Below, piece after piece: positions 1 to 12,800 of a stretch of DNA of 64,000 nucleotides. The DNA is taken from the NCBI RefSeq assembly GCF_006345805.1, contig NC_043009.1, forward strand, positions 17,980,001-18,044,000. Direction: 5' to 3'. The stretch is from Octopus sinensis (lineage: Eukaryota). How positions within the stretch are numbered: position 1 is the first letter of the stretch; each line of letters begins with the position of its first letter. The notes under the pieces were generated by a model. That model made no database searches and was not told where the DNA came from. It saw nothing but the letters and a program-made list of their open reading frames with translations. The position numbers were made by a program, and so were the translations under genes.

Positions 1-729
1 AACAGCTTTTCTATGCCATGAATATATGGCCGTGGCTCAACCGCTCCACACATTGATTATATTGAAATATTTTGAAAGTGAATAAAGGAGAGGAACGAGG
101 AGTACTTTCAGATAAAACCAACGTTCAAGAACTAATGAAACAATATTATACACCATAACAATTGCCATGGTGACATCGGTGTTTGGAGATTATAGGAGGT
201 GAAGGCTTTGAAATGACCTGTAGAAATATTTTGGTTCTTGTTTTTGGTGTCAGCAATGGTGGTGGTGGTGGGATGGTGGTGGTGGTGGTGGACAGTGGTG
301 GTGGGGAGTGTGATAAAGTTGGTAGTGTTATTATCGTATAGATGGTTTTAATGATGATATTGGTGGGTATCATCATATACAAACACTTATCAATGTACAT
401 AAACCTATTCACACACGTATAACACTACATACAAGTACATCACACATTTTCCTACATACATACATCTGAATATATATATGAGCATGAGAATACATACATA
501 AAACAAAACATACAGATCTGCACGTATACATACATACAAAAACATCATATTGATATTGTTAAAATTCCAGTGAAGGAGCCTTAGATCTAGGTTAGAAACC
601 GGCTCTTTCTCTATTGGCAAGAAATCTTGAAATAAAACTTATGAATGACATACATACATAGATACATACATACCACGTATCCAACACACATTCCTCAACA
701 CAGTTTATACACACAGCATAGAAAATGAG

Positions 730-1110
730 CGACGGTGCGGTTGTGTGTTTAAGACATTCACTTGATTCGCTTTCCGACCACATGCTTTCATGTTCGATCG
801 GCACTTGGAGCAAGAGACTTCCACCATAGTTTCGAGTAGACAAAAAAGCTTTGTGAACGAAATCTGATTGACGGAAAATTGTGCAGACAACCGCCTTATT
901 CAAGGAACAAACGAGGGAGACTCTATGTGGTTGCACAACCATCTAGAAATAGCAACCAAATCTTTTCTCAAGTCATTGTCTTCCGTCATAAGCAATATTA
1001 GATAATGCTGTCTTACAAACCTCTATAAACGATGAGATAACTACGACTGGAATAGCTTTGATCATGAATCTATAAGCTCAGAGTTGACCTGGGGCTGAAC
1101 AGCAACAAAA
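730..1110 (+). mobile_element. SINE-like element with CORE-like head and (AAC)n tail (family D); related tails at ~56760-56955 and ~59290-59470
   Basis: GTTCGATCGGCACTTGGAGCAAG...CTAGAAATAGCAACCAAATC...TTTGATCATG...GACCTGGGGCTGAACAGCAAC. Confidence 0.6.
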
Positions 1111-1624
1111 ATTAGTTGACTCCCAAACAAAATACACATACACACACACACACATGCATAAGTAGGTAAGAATTAGACCCAAGTAGAAGCAAAATGAAAA
1201 GCGACCACATTGGCCAATTGTTTGTATAACAGGAGTATTCGAGAAAGTTCGAAGTGATGAACTATTAATAGGCACGTTTCCGTTATGAAGATACAACCAT
1301 TTGAATAACAGCTTCAACGCATCATTCTTTACCATCTTGACCTAGATATGACAGACCAATGAAATAACCCAGTTCGGACAGGTCGCGAGAGAAGAAACCT
1401 TTTCATCCTACTTCAATGAAGGAAAGAAAAAGTAGATTGTTTGAATCGATAGGTAACATGAGGAAGCAGGAAATTATATTACACATACACACAACTCACA
1501 ACGTATTTATGTATGTGTGCGTGTGTATGAATATATGCATGTTTTATATATGTGAACAAATATATATATGTATGTATTTACATAAATACATGCAAGTATA
1601 TATATACATATATATATATATATA

Positions 1625-2524
1625 TAGCGGGCGTATGATATTTGACGACAGATTTATGTTTGTAAGAAAACATAGTAATAGGCTAATAACTTTATCAAAA
1701 AATGCTATGAGGATAATAAAAATAAACGTCCTTTTCTCTGTTATTCAATAAAGCCACTTTCAGCTTCAACAATTGTTTCTATATGAGATCTAAATCATCT
1801 ACATGCTCGAATCAAATGGTCCTGGATCATTTGGGACATTACTCTGACTACGGCAGCTTTCAAAGAATCTTTGGTGTTATGGGCGTGTTCATTGACCTCT
1901 CTTTCAACAACGCTCCACATCTAATAGTCCAATGAATTGACATCTGGAGAATTAGGAGGCCAAATGTTAGGCCTTATGTGATCATGAAAATTTTCAGCCA
2001 TCCATTCCTGTGTTACTAGTTTGTTTAAGAGCCTTTTAGACCTGCTGTAGTGATTTTCTTTTGCTTTTCCTGACAAATTGACTTTTCCTCATCATATAAG
2101 ACTTATATCTGATGCCTTCGTGGACAACAATTCTAACACCTGGAGATCTTTTGCAATTGATCTCATGGATTTCTGGGATTGTAATCAATGGTCTGCTGAA
2201 CTTGCTGGATAAATTCAGCTGTTCTGATGATTTCAGAGTGCTTAGAATGCTTTTTATGCTTTCAAACTGGTGATACGTTTCCATCTTCTGTCTCTACTTC
2301 CTTACAAACTTTGTAAATGATAGATCTGGCAACTTTTAAAAATCGAGATATTTCTAAATAGCTATGCTCAGCCTTTATAACTACGATAACAGCATGCCTC
2401 TTCATTTCTTGAGTAAGCTGAGGGTCTGCTATTATTATTTTCTGAAACAAAGATTATACAGAGTTAGCAAAAAATGCAGCAATGACCCCAAAAAGTTATG
2501 TCCTCAAATGCCTTACGCACCCTG
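1625..2524 (-). mobile_element. Tc1/mariner maT (DD37D-like) transposon, internally deleted
   Basis: Imperfect ~29-bp TIRs (CAGGGTGCGTAAGGCATTTGAGGAC type) with TA on both sides. Transposase remnants include N-terminal MKRHAVIVVIKAEHS..., PNIWPPNSPD and C-terminal IETIVEAESGFIE*. Confidence 0.85.
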
Positions 2525-3374
2525 TATATGCGCTATGAGATGTAAGTCGTATAAAGGTATAAAATTCCATATAAGATAAATTCTTGGTTTAATGAAACTG
2601 TATCCACTACGAGGTACGGTAAGCAAGTGCCTGGTAGCAATTGCCATCGGCTTCGAATGAAGAGGGAGAAAACAATTACAAAAATCTCTTCCAGATTTGT
2701 GTGTAAGTCTGTACGCGTATAGCACTGTATTCTGTGTTGTATCGATGTAATGAAGGACGTGCCTCATTTGTGCGTTCGCTTGTGTAGGTCTGTCCAGACA
2801 CTCTCAAGTTCCTCTCTCTCTCACACACACACACTTATACTATCATAGCTTCTTGTCTTCTAAAGGAGCAAGCTACTTCCGACCAACCAACTCATCACTC
2901 CTCTACGAGTCAACCCTACTTTACCACCATCCTCCGCATCAACCACTTTATTATTTCCTCTCTATCTAAAACTTGCGACCTCTACACTGCTGTCCGCGTC
3001 TGTCTTTTTTCTTGTAACTCAGGACATTAATCGCATGAACCTCGTCAGTCTCGATGCGTCTTCAAAGAACATGAGCACTGCCCTCAACTTCAATTATGTA
3101 AGAATAAGTGCCCTACCACCACCACTGTCTTAATTTTCAACATGCATAAACCACAGGTATTTGGGCTCTGAATAATTCGTCATAATGATTTAGTGTGTCA
3201 AGAACAAGAGTCAGTTCATAGTTTCATGAACGGGGGATTGGCAAGTATCACTATTTGGGGAATTATATGGGCTGTGCTCTGTGGAAGTCATCTTCAGATA
3301 ATATTGTCTCTGTTAGAGACTCATGAATATTTCCAAGTTGCCTCTGCAGTCCTAGCTACGAATTCTCTGGAGAA

Positions 3375-4115
3375 TTGGAGGTCGATGTAATCGACTTATC
3401 CCCGCCCTTGTGTCAAAATTTGGAACCATTATTATAAAGAAGGTGTCAAGCTGGCAGAATCGCTATCATACCGTTCTGAGTTCAAATTCCGCCGAAGTCG
3501 ACTTTACTTATCATCCTTTCGGGGTCGATATAATAGAGTAGGCCCCTCCCACCAAATTTTAGGCCTGTGCCTTTAGTAGATAAGATGACTATTATTATTA
3601 AGTTGGCAAACTGGAAGAATCGGTACTGGGGTCGATACAATTGACTAGCCCCCCCCCCACTAAATTCCAGGCCTTGTGCCTAAAGCAGGAAGGATTATTA
3701 AGACGGTGGGATAGCAGAATGGTTGGTGCATCAGACAATGCTTAACAGCATTTCTTTCGCATTTACGTTCTGAGTTCAAATCCCGCCGAAGCTGACTTTG
3801 CTTTTCGTCCTTTGACATCGATAAAATAAATAACATGAGCACTGGGGGTCAGTGTAATCGACTTACCTATTCTTAAAATTCCTAGAATTATGCAAAAATT
3901 TGAAACCGTTAAAGCAATGATCTGATAGTTTTTTTGTGCGACGGACAAAATGTTTAGCTGTTTTCCGGCTCTTTGCGTTCAAATCCCTCCATGGTCAACT
4001 TTGTTTTTCACCCTATCGAGGTCAATAAAATAAAGCACCAGCCAAGTACTGGGGTCGATGTAATCGACTAACCTTCCCCTAAAATTGCTGGCCTTGTGCC
4101 AAAATTTGAAATAAA
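3375..4115 (+). mobile_element. Head-to-tail cluster of five full or partial tRNA-derived Meta-like SINEs
   Basis: Repeated GTTCAAAT(T/C)CCGCCGAAG B-box region, GACTTT...TCCTTTCGGGGTCGAT core (resembles the Meta domain), and CTGGGGTCGATGTAATCGACT...GCCTTGTGCCAAAATTTGAAA 3' ends; most separated by ATT-rich tails. Confidence 0.8.
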
Positions 4116-4262
4116 TGTGTGTGTGTGTGTATATATATAGATGTATATGTATAGGTGTATACGTATACATGTATGTGTAGATGTATATATATATATATCG
4201 ATAGATGTACATGTAATATGTACACATATATACACCTATACACACAAACCCACATACATATA

Positions 4263-4545
4263 GGTGCAGGTGTGGTAACAAACTTGGTTCCAAAACACAT
4301 GGTCCTGAGTTCAGTCCTACTATATGGTAACTTGGCATGTGTCTTCTGCTATAGCCGCAGACCAACCAAAGCCTTGTCAGTGGATTTGTAGACAGAAACT
4401 GAAAGAAATCAATTGTATGTAAGTCTATGTGTGTGTCTTTGTGTCTCTCCCTCATCACAACTGGTGTTCGCTTATTTACATCCCCATAACTTACTGGTTT
4501 CACAAGAAGAAACCGATAGAATAAGTACCAGGATTATCAAAATAG
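4263..4545 (+). mobile_element. CORE-like tRNA-derived SINE (family A)
   Basis: tRNA-like head with GAGTTCAGTCC, CORE-like TTGGCATGTGTCTTCTGCTATAGCC, and GATAGAATAAGTACCAGG. Confidence 0.75.
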
Positions 4546-4604
4546 AAAAGCCACTAGGCAGTGTCTCATATTTTTGGTTTGCCCACTCAGTTGTATCTAT
4601 CAAT

Positions 4605-5207
4605 TTATCTTGAGAAGACCCGGCAAGCTCAAGTGAGACCATAACCTTGTGGCCTATGCCAGGGGTTTAACCAGCCCAATTATGCATACCTTTCCTTCAT
4701 TGGACACTAAACCAGGTGAGGCAAGTGAAATCGAAATCGAAACCAAATTCGATGACTGGCATCCGTGCTAGTGGAGCGCTAAGAGTACCATACGAGCGTG
4801 ATCGTTGCCAGAGCAACAAGCTGGCCTCCGTGTCGATGTCACGTGAAAAGTATCATTCGGGCGTGATCGTTACCTGCGTCGCCTTACTGGCACTTGTGCT
4901 GGTGACACGAAAAAACATTCGAGCGAAGACGTTGCCAGTGCCGCTGGACTGGCTCCTGTGCAGGTGGTACATAATAAGCACCATTTGATCGTAGCCGCTG
5001 CCAGTACCGCCTGAATGACCCTCATGCTGATGGCATATAAAAGCACCCACTACACCTTCGGAGTGGTTGGCGTTAGGAAGGGCATCCAGCTGTAGAAACT
5101 CTGCCGGATCAGATTGGAACCTGGTGCAGCCATCTGGTTCGCCAGTCCTCAGTCGAATCGTCCATCCCATGCTGGCATGGAAAGCGGACGTTAAACGATG
5201 ATGATAT
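4605..5207 (+). mobile_element. 5'-truncated RTE 3'UTR copy
   Basis: Same modules as 5560-5955, ending GGAAAGCGGACGTTAAACGATGATGAT. Confidence 0.75.
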
Positions 5208-5353
5208 ATGTATTTATATATATAAAGATATATCTATATTTATATATATATAAATACATGTAAATATATATCTATATTCATATATATATATATATATTTA
5301 TATCTTTTAACATATATATATATATACATCTATAAATATATATATTTAAGAAG

Positions 5354-5955
5354 CATCAGAAGTGGTGTGCATTGGTATGGGCATGCGTTGCAAAAGGATG
5401 AGGACAGTTGTGTGAAAAACTGTCACACACTAGTATTACAGGGAACCTGTGAGAGACCCAAGAAGACCTGGGATGAGGTGGTGAAGCACCACCTTCGAAC
5501 ATTGGGCATCACTGAGGCAATAGTAACCGAAACATTTGGGGTCACGCTGTGCTTGAGAAGGACCGGCAAGCCAACTAATACCATGACCATGGCCTATGCC
5601 AATGCAGTATAACCAGCCAACTTCAATCATTGGGCGATAATCTGCACTTTCGAAGACCTGTTAAGGCAATTGAAACCGCTGTTGTGGCCGATGACAGTAC
5701 TGCCTGATTTGCACCCAAGCCAGCGGCACGTTAAAAGCACCATTTGAGCATGGTAGATGCCAGTACCGCCTGAGTGACCCTCATGCCAGTGGCATGTAAA
5801 AAGCACCCACTACACTCTCAGAGGTTGGCGTTAGGCAGGGCATCCAAGTGTCGAAACCCTGCCAGATCAGATAGGAGCCTGGTGTATCCTTCTCGCATGC
5901 CAGCCCTCAGTTAAACCATCCCAGCCTGGAAAGTGGATGTTAAACGACGATGATA
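5354..5955 (+). mobile_element. RTE-clade LINE 3' end (ORF tail, modular 3'UTR, (GAT)n tail)
   Basis: WYGHALQKDEDSCVK...RPKKTWDEVVKHHLRTLG matches the RTE C-terminus. Followed by GGCACGTAAAAGCACC-type modules and ...GGATGTTAAACGACGATGAT. Confidence 0.8.
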
Positions 5956-5961
5956 TGTATG

Positions 5962-6009
<48 letters not shown>

Positions 6010-6109
6010 AACAAGTGTATTAGTTTGACGCACAGCAAATCTATGCACTTTGACAGAAAGGAATAAGAGGAAACTCTTAGAGAAGGAATGAAAAAAACCT
6101 GTGCACATA

Positions 6110-6900
6110 CAGGGTGCGATGGATAAATTGTCACCGTTTTATATTTTTCTTTTTCGTGCATTGTCTATTTTTTATTTTGTCCATTATATAGTATAGTAGG
6201 GTTAGTTGGGCACCGCCTGTGAAGAAAAATAGCACCATGATGCAATCCACTATGCCAGAAATTTGGAAACGACATGCTGTTATTGCTTGGCATCCATGCC
6301 GGAAGCTTCAATACGAACATTTCAGGGTGTTTGGGTGTCAGTCTGAGGAGATGCACCGAGAATGATAAAAATCAAACAACCAGTCTTGGAGTGATCACTA
6401 GTGATGGCAACATTATGCCTCCATTCATCGTCCCACACAGCCTCAGTCAACACGGAGGCTTACATCAAATGCCTGGAGAAGGTAGTGCTGCCCTCGATCA
6501 AGAGGGTGGATACTGGAAGTCCCTACATCTGGCAACAGGACTCTGCACCATGCCACACAAGTTGAAGAACCCAGTCATGGCTGCCAGACAATTTGTGCGA
6601 TCACATCACTCCTAACTTCCCAGACTGCAACCCGCTTGAATACTAGGCACGGAACACAGCTGAGCGAGAGACCAACAAAACTCCTTGTAACACCTAAGAT
6701 GAACTGGTTTTTTGGCAGCATTCACCAACTTAGTCATCTGGAGGTCGTGGTTGAAGCCAATGGTGATTTTATCGAATAGATTTACTCTTTAGTATTTCAA
6801 GATATTTTAAAGTAGTTTTGGTAAAAATATGCTAAAATGAGAGGCTAGTGTTATTTTCACTTTTGCATAATTCAGATGACAATTTATTCACTGCACCATA
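6110..6900 (+). mobile_element. maT (DD37D-like) mariner element, internally deleted
   Basis: TA-CAGGGTGCGATGGATAAATTGTC ... GACAATTTATTCACTGCACCATA-TA. Frameshifted transposase remnant LGVITSDGNIMPPFIVPH. Confidence 0.85.
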
Positions 6901-7144
6901 TATATGTATGTATATACACACACACGTGTGTGTTCCCTTCACTTCATGACAACTGAGGTTGGTTTGTTTACGACCCTTAACACAATGCTTCACCAAGAGA
7001 CTGACAGAATAAGCACCAGGCTTAAAAAAGCCAAATCGATCTGCTGGACTATACTCTTCTACAAGCTTGTATTAGCAGGCCCGGATTGAACTCAGATCCT
7101 TTTCATGATGAAGTGAATTCGTCAAAGTCATGCATCATTGAATC

Positions 7145-7480
7145 TTTTCTTTTACCCGTTCCAGTCACTATTAGACTGCGGCCATGCTGGAGCACCACCT
7201 CGAAAAATCTTTAAACCAAATGAATTGACCTGAATACTTCTTAAAAGACTGGTCCTTATTCTGTCGGTTTCTTTTGCCAAACTGTCAAGTTACGGTACAG
7301 ATGTAAATACAGACAGACACGACGGGCTTCTTTCAGTTTCCATCAACCAAATCCACTCACATGGCTTTGGTCAGCCCAACAGTGTAATAGAAGACACTTG
7401 CCCAAAGTTCCGAGCAGCAGGACTGAATCTGAAACGATGTGGTTGAGAAGCAAACTTCTTCACCACACAACCACGCCTGC
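7145..7480 (-). mobile_element. Family A SINE
   Basis: GACTGCGGCCATGCTGGAGCACC...GAAGACACTTGCCCAA...CTGAATCTGAAACGATGTGG. Confidence 0.8.
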
Positions 7481-7718
7481 ATCTCTATTGTAGAATACTT
7501 TTCACACAAATACAGAAAAGCGAGAGAGGGAGAGAAAGATGCATGGTAACATCACAATTGCTGTAACAAGTAAGAAAGTACACACTCAACACTGACTTAC
7601 ATAGAACACAACTATTTCTCACACAAAACCTAAGCAAATACTATACAAACATGTATTTAAAATTTTTTTTCAAAAATATTTCAGAGAAATCAAAAACATT
7701 AACACTTCTGTATTGGTG

Positions 7719-7740
7719 TTTATTTTATTTATTTTTTATT
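7719..7740 (-). terminator. Clustered polyadenylation signals; probable distal 3' end of the ZNF transcript
   Basis: Four TTTATT hexamers on plus (7719, 7724, 7728, 7735) read AATAAA on minus. U/GU-rich minus-strand sequence follows (~7500-7700). No SINE or LINE copy was seen between here and the stop codon. Confidence 0.5.
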
Positions 7741-10700
7741 AAACTATTTAATTAAAAACATTATCAATAGCAACTTAGCAATATTTCTCTTTTTTTTTTT
7801 TAAATCTTATTTTTGTGTTATTAATTTTTAATTTTTTTTTTCACAAATATTGTTTGTGGTCCACATAACAAGCTAGGTGAAATTGGAGAGGGAAAACATT
7901 GTAGATTGAGAAACAGGTATAGTCAAAAACAGGTAACTGGAGAGGGGGGGGGGGCAAAGAAGTGAATAACACACCCAGACAACAAGCTAACTTTACAATA
8001 TAACTTTAGTGGCATAACTAGTAATAGGGTTGTAATCCTAAGTTAGCCCCCACCCCACTAGGGCAGGGCAAGGTTCCAACATTACAAGCTAGGGAAATAT
8101 AAAAAAAAAAAATAGAAGCCCTTTCAAAAATTATGAGAAGGCTGGGATAGGTATATGAAGGTATGTGTCTGCATGTATGTGTGAGTGTATGTGTCAATGA
8201 TTTAAGGGATTGAGTAGAATACAGCAGAATTAAGATTACAACTAAGATTAAGAGATTACTTTAGGAATAATTTTAGAAATGAAAAATGATTATAAAGTCA
8301 GAAATATAAAAAAAATAAATAACATTAATAAGGTGATCTGAGCTATAACTTAAAAAAAAAAAAAATGCTATTCGTTGGTTCTAATAGTTCTGTAAAAAAA
8401 AAAAAAAAACGGAACCTGTACTTTCACAGTTGCCTGAGAGGGTGTTGTTATAATTATTATTATTAGTAGAAGTAATATTAACAGATTAAGCAGAAAAAGC
8501 TACAATCGCACACCAAATCTTTGAGGTGGGGGAGGCCATCCACTTTGTAGATAAAAATTCAACCAAAAGATAAACAATTGTAAAGAGAACTTGTTGGTAT
8601 GAAAACCTCTCTTTAATAGTTTCTTTTAAATTGTTTATATTTACTATCACCATAAAATCCTGCATAGGTTACACAACACAAAAATGGCCAGCAAAAAAAA
8701 AAATTAAACTATTGGTTATAATTCTAAAAACTCAAAATCCAACAGTTTATTTGTGAAATGATTAACACCACAACACACACCATGCTAATAATATTCCTGC
8801 AGATATTCACAGCACTGAGGAACAAGGAATTTAAAACAAGGAAAACAAAAAAAAAATGAAAATAAAAAAAATAAACTGGATTATGTGTTCAACAACACTT
8901 TTATAGGCATCTATGTATCACAGCACCTCTGCCCTCGTTTAGAAATCAGCAAGTTTCTTGATATATTAGAATATAAATTTGGCAACTACAAACCAAAGCA
9001 TAAGAATAATAAAGTTTCTTAATATAGGAGATGGAAATGGGAAGTTTTGACAGTCATGCCTTTCCCAAGGGTATTAGTGACAGTATAAGTGAAATAGTTC
9101 CAACCGGGAATCAATACAAGAGCTGTAGACTTGGCTCACATGAGCTTACAACCTACTTCATGGCACTCACATGTGCTATAATATTGCATGTAATAATAAA
9201 AAATTGAAAAATACATGCCATTTTCACACAATGTTGAATATATTTCCTTTATTAAGAATATAGTAAGGTAGGAAACAAATGGAATGATAGAAGACTGGAA
9301 TGCTTCAGCACTGTGCAACTGGGGAGGTTATATCATTCTAATTATTGAAAAAGCTGATAGGGTCAGGAAAAAAAAAAAAAAAAATTGTTTTTGATAAAAA
9401 AATATTTTGGAATGGTAATATAATAATTGGCAGAATGGGTTGGGAAGGCACCATAAGGATGTATATTTGGACTTGTCTCTACTGAAATATATATTAAAAA
9501 AATTCATAGTAAAATGGAATTTCTCAAGAAACTTGTGATGATGATGATGATGTGTGCGTGTGTGTATGTGTACAGAAACATAGATACCATCATATACAAA
9601 TATATACCTGTGCGTATTTATGTGTATATACGAGTGTATGTATGTATGTGTACATGTGTGAGAATGAAAAAGATTTACAGAATCAATTACATACAACTAC
9701 TTGGAATATGCTATATTTCTTTAGTTATGCTCTTACTCAAGTGTGTGCGTGTATGTGTGTCTGTACACACACTTATATATATATATACAAACACATAGAT
9801 CACATGATAGTTGACATCTCAAACACTTCACGTCTGCATATTCCTGTTGAACAAAACCTATTTTCACTCTACAGCATGCAAATTGCTGGTAAAGGAAATT
9901 GTTAAGATAATTAACAGACATTATTGCCAGGAATATGGCATAAGCAAACCCAAAGACCATTCTTTGGCACTATGACAACATAAGAAAAAAATATAAATTA
10001 CAAACACACACACACACACATACACATACACATAATACACAAGGCACTTACAGTGAAGAATTCCAAACAATTTTTAAAATATTTTTGCACAGCATTCAAT
10101 GAGTGTTTTAGTAAATAAAGGCACCAATCATATTTGAATCTCAAATGAGAAAATTTTGTGACTCTTTTTTTCCATCTTTTATCCAGTACTTGAATTCTAA
10201 ACTTTCTGTAACAGCACCAAAAGAATTCAAAGAACTTTAATCATATGAATACAAAACAACAGAGCTGTGAAGAGGGGCTTTGGAGATGAGGGAAGAAAGG
10301 TATTAAATGCTTACACAAAATCAGACAAAATTATTCCATGAGTGCCTTAAGAGGATATGATTTAAATAGCAGAGAACTTTGACCAAAAACTATAAACCAA
10401 CTATTCAAAAGGTAAATATTACAACAGGTTTCCATGAAAAGGAAGACATGCATTTGTGTTAAAACAGTTGACACTAATTTGTGCAAATGACTATTTGCAT
10501 GAATATCCAACCCAAGCCAAATAGTAGTATGGATGCAAATGGAGTATAAAGGTGTTAAAAAATGTATTAGTAAAAGTAAAAACCAAGCAAAAACGATCTT
10601 TGTAAGCTCCTCTTTGACAGTGATGAGGATTTGCATTTCAATTTATGAGTTCTTTGAATAAACTAACAAAATAGTAGTCTTGACAGGTTTTTTGCAAAGT

Positions 10701-12800
10701 TGGCACCCCCAGAACATTACAATTGATGCAAAATAAAGATGGTTGAAACAATATTAGAAAGGTTTAAAAAGAGGACGGTCTATTTTAAGAGTCATGGGGA
10801 CGGAAACTTGTAGTAGAGCATTTATAAATATTGGCATCCACAAAGTTCCAAATAGGCAGGCTGAAAATTTTGAAACTATTTCGTTTGCCATATTTGCCTT
10901 AATATACTAAGCCCAAGGTAAAGTTGGATAGGGTTTATGTGAGCATCCAGGAAACAATGGTGGAAACATTATTTCTTCAAACACATTTAAAAATATCAAA
11001 ACCTAACTTTTTTAAAATGATCCTTTTTCATTATTACTTTTTTGAAATTTAAGGTCCACTTCACCTCATTTGATTCTTTCATTTTTAAGGCAAACATTAT
11101 TTGAAACTACTTTAAAAAAATACAAAATTATAAATCCCACTAAAGAATATTTTAAAAGGAAATTGCTAAGCACATCTATCCCACTAAAAAAATCATCACA
11201 CACATACAAAGGCCATATATCAATGGACAAACTCAGATTCTGGAGCTGTTTTGCAAATCAATTCGATAAACTTCACAGATTTCAGATTAAGCTATGTATA
11301 CCATACATACCAGTCACATTGACATGGTGTGATTCAGTGAAGGCAGTATACTATTAGCAACCTTTAGAAACATATGTCTAAAGATCACTTGAGCTCCAGT
11401 GACTCATCAATGGTCTTTTCAGAACCAAATGATTATGATTAAATTATTTACAATTGCATTAAAAAAAGTGAAGGACGGTGGCACCTGACCTAAAGGCAAC
11501 AGCACAAACTTTTGGAAAGGAACCAGTTGTGTATGAAAGCTCCACATCAAATGGTCAAAACTGAAATACATTAAAATTTGACACCCTGTATGTTGTTTTA
11601 TTGTTTGTGTCTTTTGTATTTATTTTGGTTGTCTGAGTCGCAAAGCAATTCTTAAGCAAAAAGGTGTTCATGCCCCAATGGAAATGTCTGAAATGAGGGC
11701 TGGAAGGTTGTTTCTATGGCCAAGAAGCCCAACCTATCCAAGTTTTAAGTGTGGGTCAAACTTAAAATGGTTCATACAAACAAAATAATTATGATATATA
11801 TATATATAGACCTACTGATTTTTTGTGTTTATCTGTTACAGCTGCCTGGAATGGTAACAGTGAATGGGCAATTTATGGAAACTTAGCAGCCACCAGAGCA
11901 CCAATTATAGGAATTTCAAATTGAGCCTTTAGAAATGGGTAGGGAAGAGATAAGTGGTGGTTGTCTAATTCCATAAATTAATTAAAAAATAAAATTAAAA
12001 TAAGGATAAGATCTTTTTAAATATATTTTTCTTGATAAATTATGGAAAATAAAATAAATGCCAAGTGTAGAAATTTATAATAATGGTAACTCCTTAGATT
12101 GACACAAGGCCATTGATTTGTAGAAAAATGGTTATAGTTAAACAACTTCCAGTAAAACTGGTTTTTATTAACCATAGAGGACAAACAGCAAAGATATGTA
12201 ACTAAATACCACAAGGCACTACACTGTTTCTGCCACTCCATCTTAATGATTTCTGTATTGATACAAGGCCAGAAATGTTGGGAGTTGGGGCTGGAGTCAT
12301 CTAAATAGACATGACTGGTACTCATTTTCTTCATCCCAGAATGATGAAAACAAGATTGATCTGAGCAAGGCTTGAACTCAGAACACCATGAGGAAGAAGG
12401 GGACAACTTTGTAGAACTTAGTTTCAATCAGCTGCCATTTTAATGAAAATAACAATTGACATTTTGAAAATTAGTTTAAATGAACTACCCAAATGCAAAG
12501 ATATAAAAGGGGACTCAGCATACAAGTGCGGTGAAGGTTAATAACCCCTCCTAGTATTTGCAATGATGCACCCAGGGGAAAGAAGAATGGTAGGTAAAAT
12601 CATTCAAAGACTAAGGCTCGTATTTGCTGATTCATAAAAAATAAATTTGCCCTACTAGTCGACCAACATTTCAATAGTGATGGAGACAAACATTGTGGTG
12701 GTCAGTAATAGCTGAAGCACTTCAAAAGCAGTTTCCACTGCTAGACACTCATACACACCCAGGGAGAGAGAGAGAGAGACTAATTGAAAAACAAATATAT

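Noticed and set aside
3030-3060. Minus-strand CTGACGAGG
   Set aside because: No stem II or GAAA partner follows; a 7-mer is expected by chance in 64 kb.
2530-3330. CpG-containing, repeat-like segment between the maT element and the SINE cluster
   Set aside because: No TIR, LTR termini, second copy in the window or coding motif identified; left unassigned.
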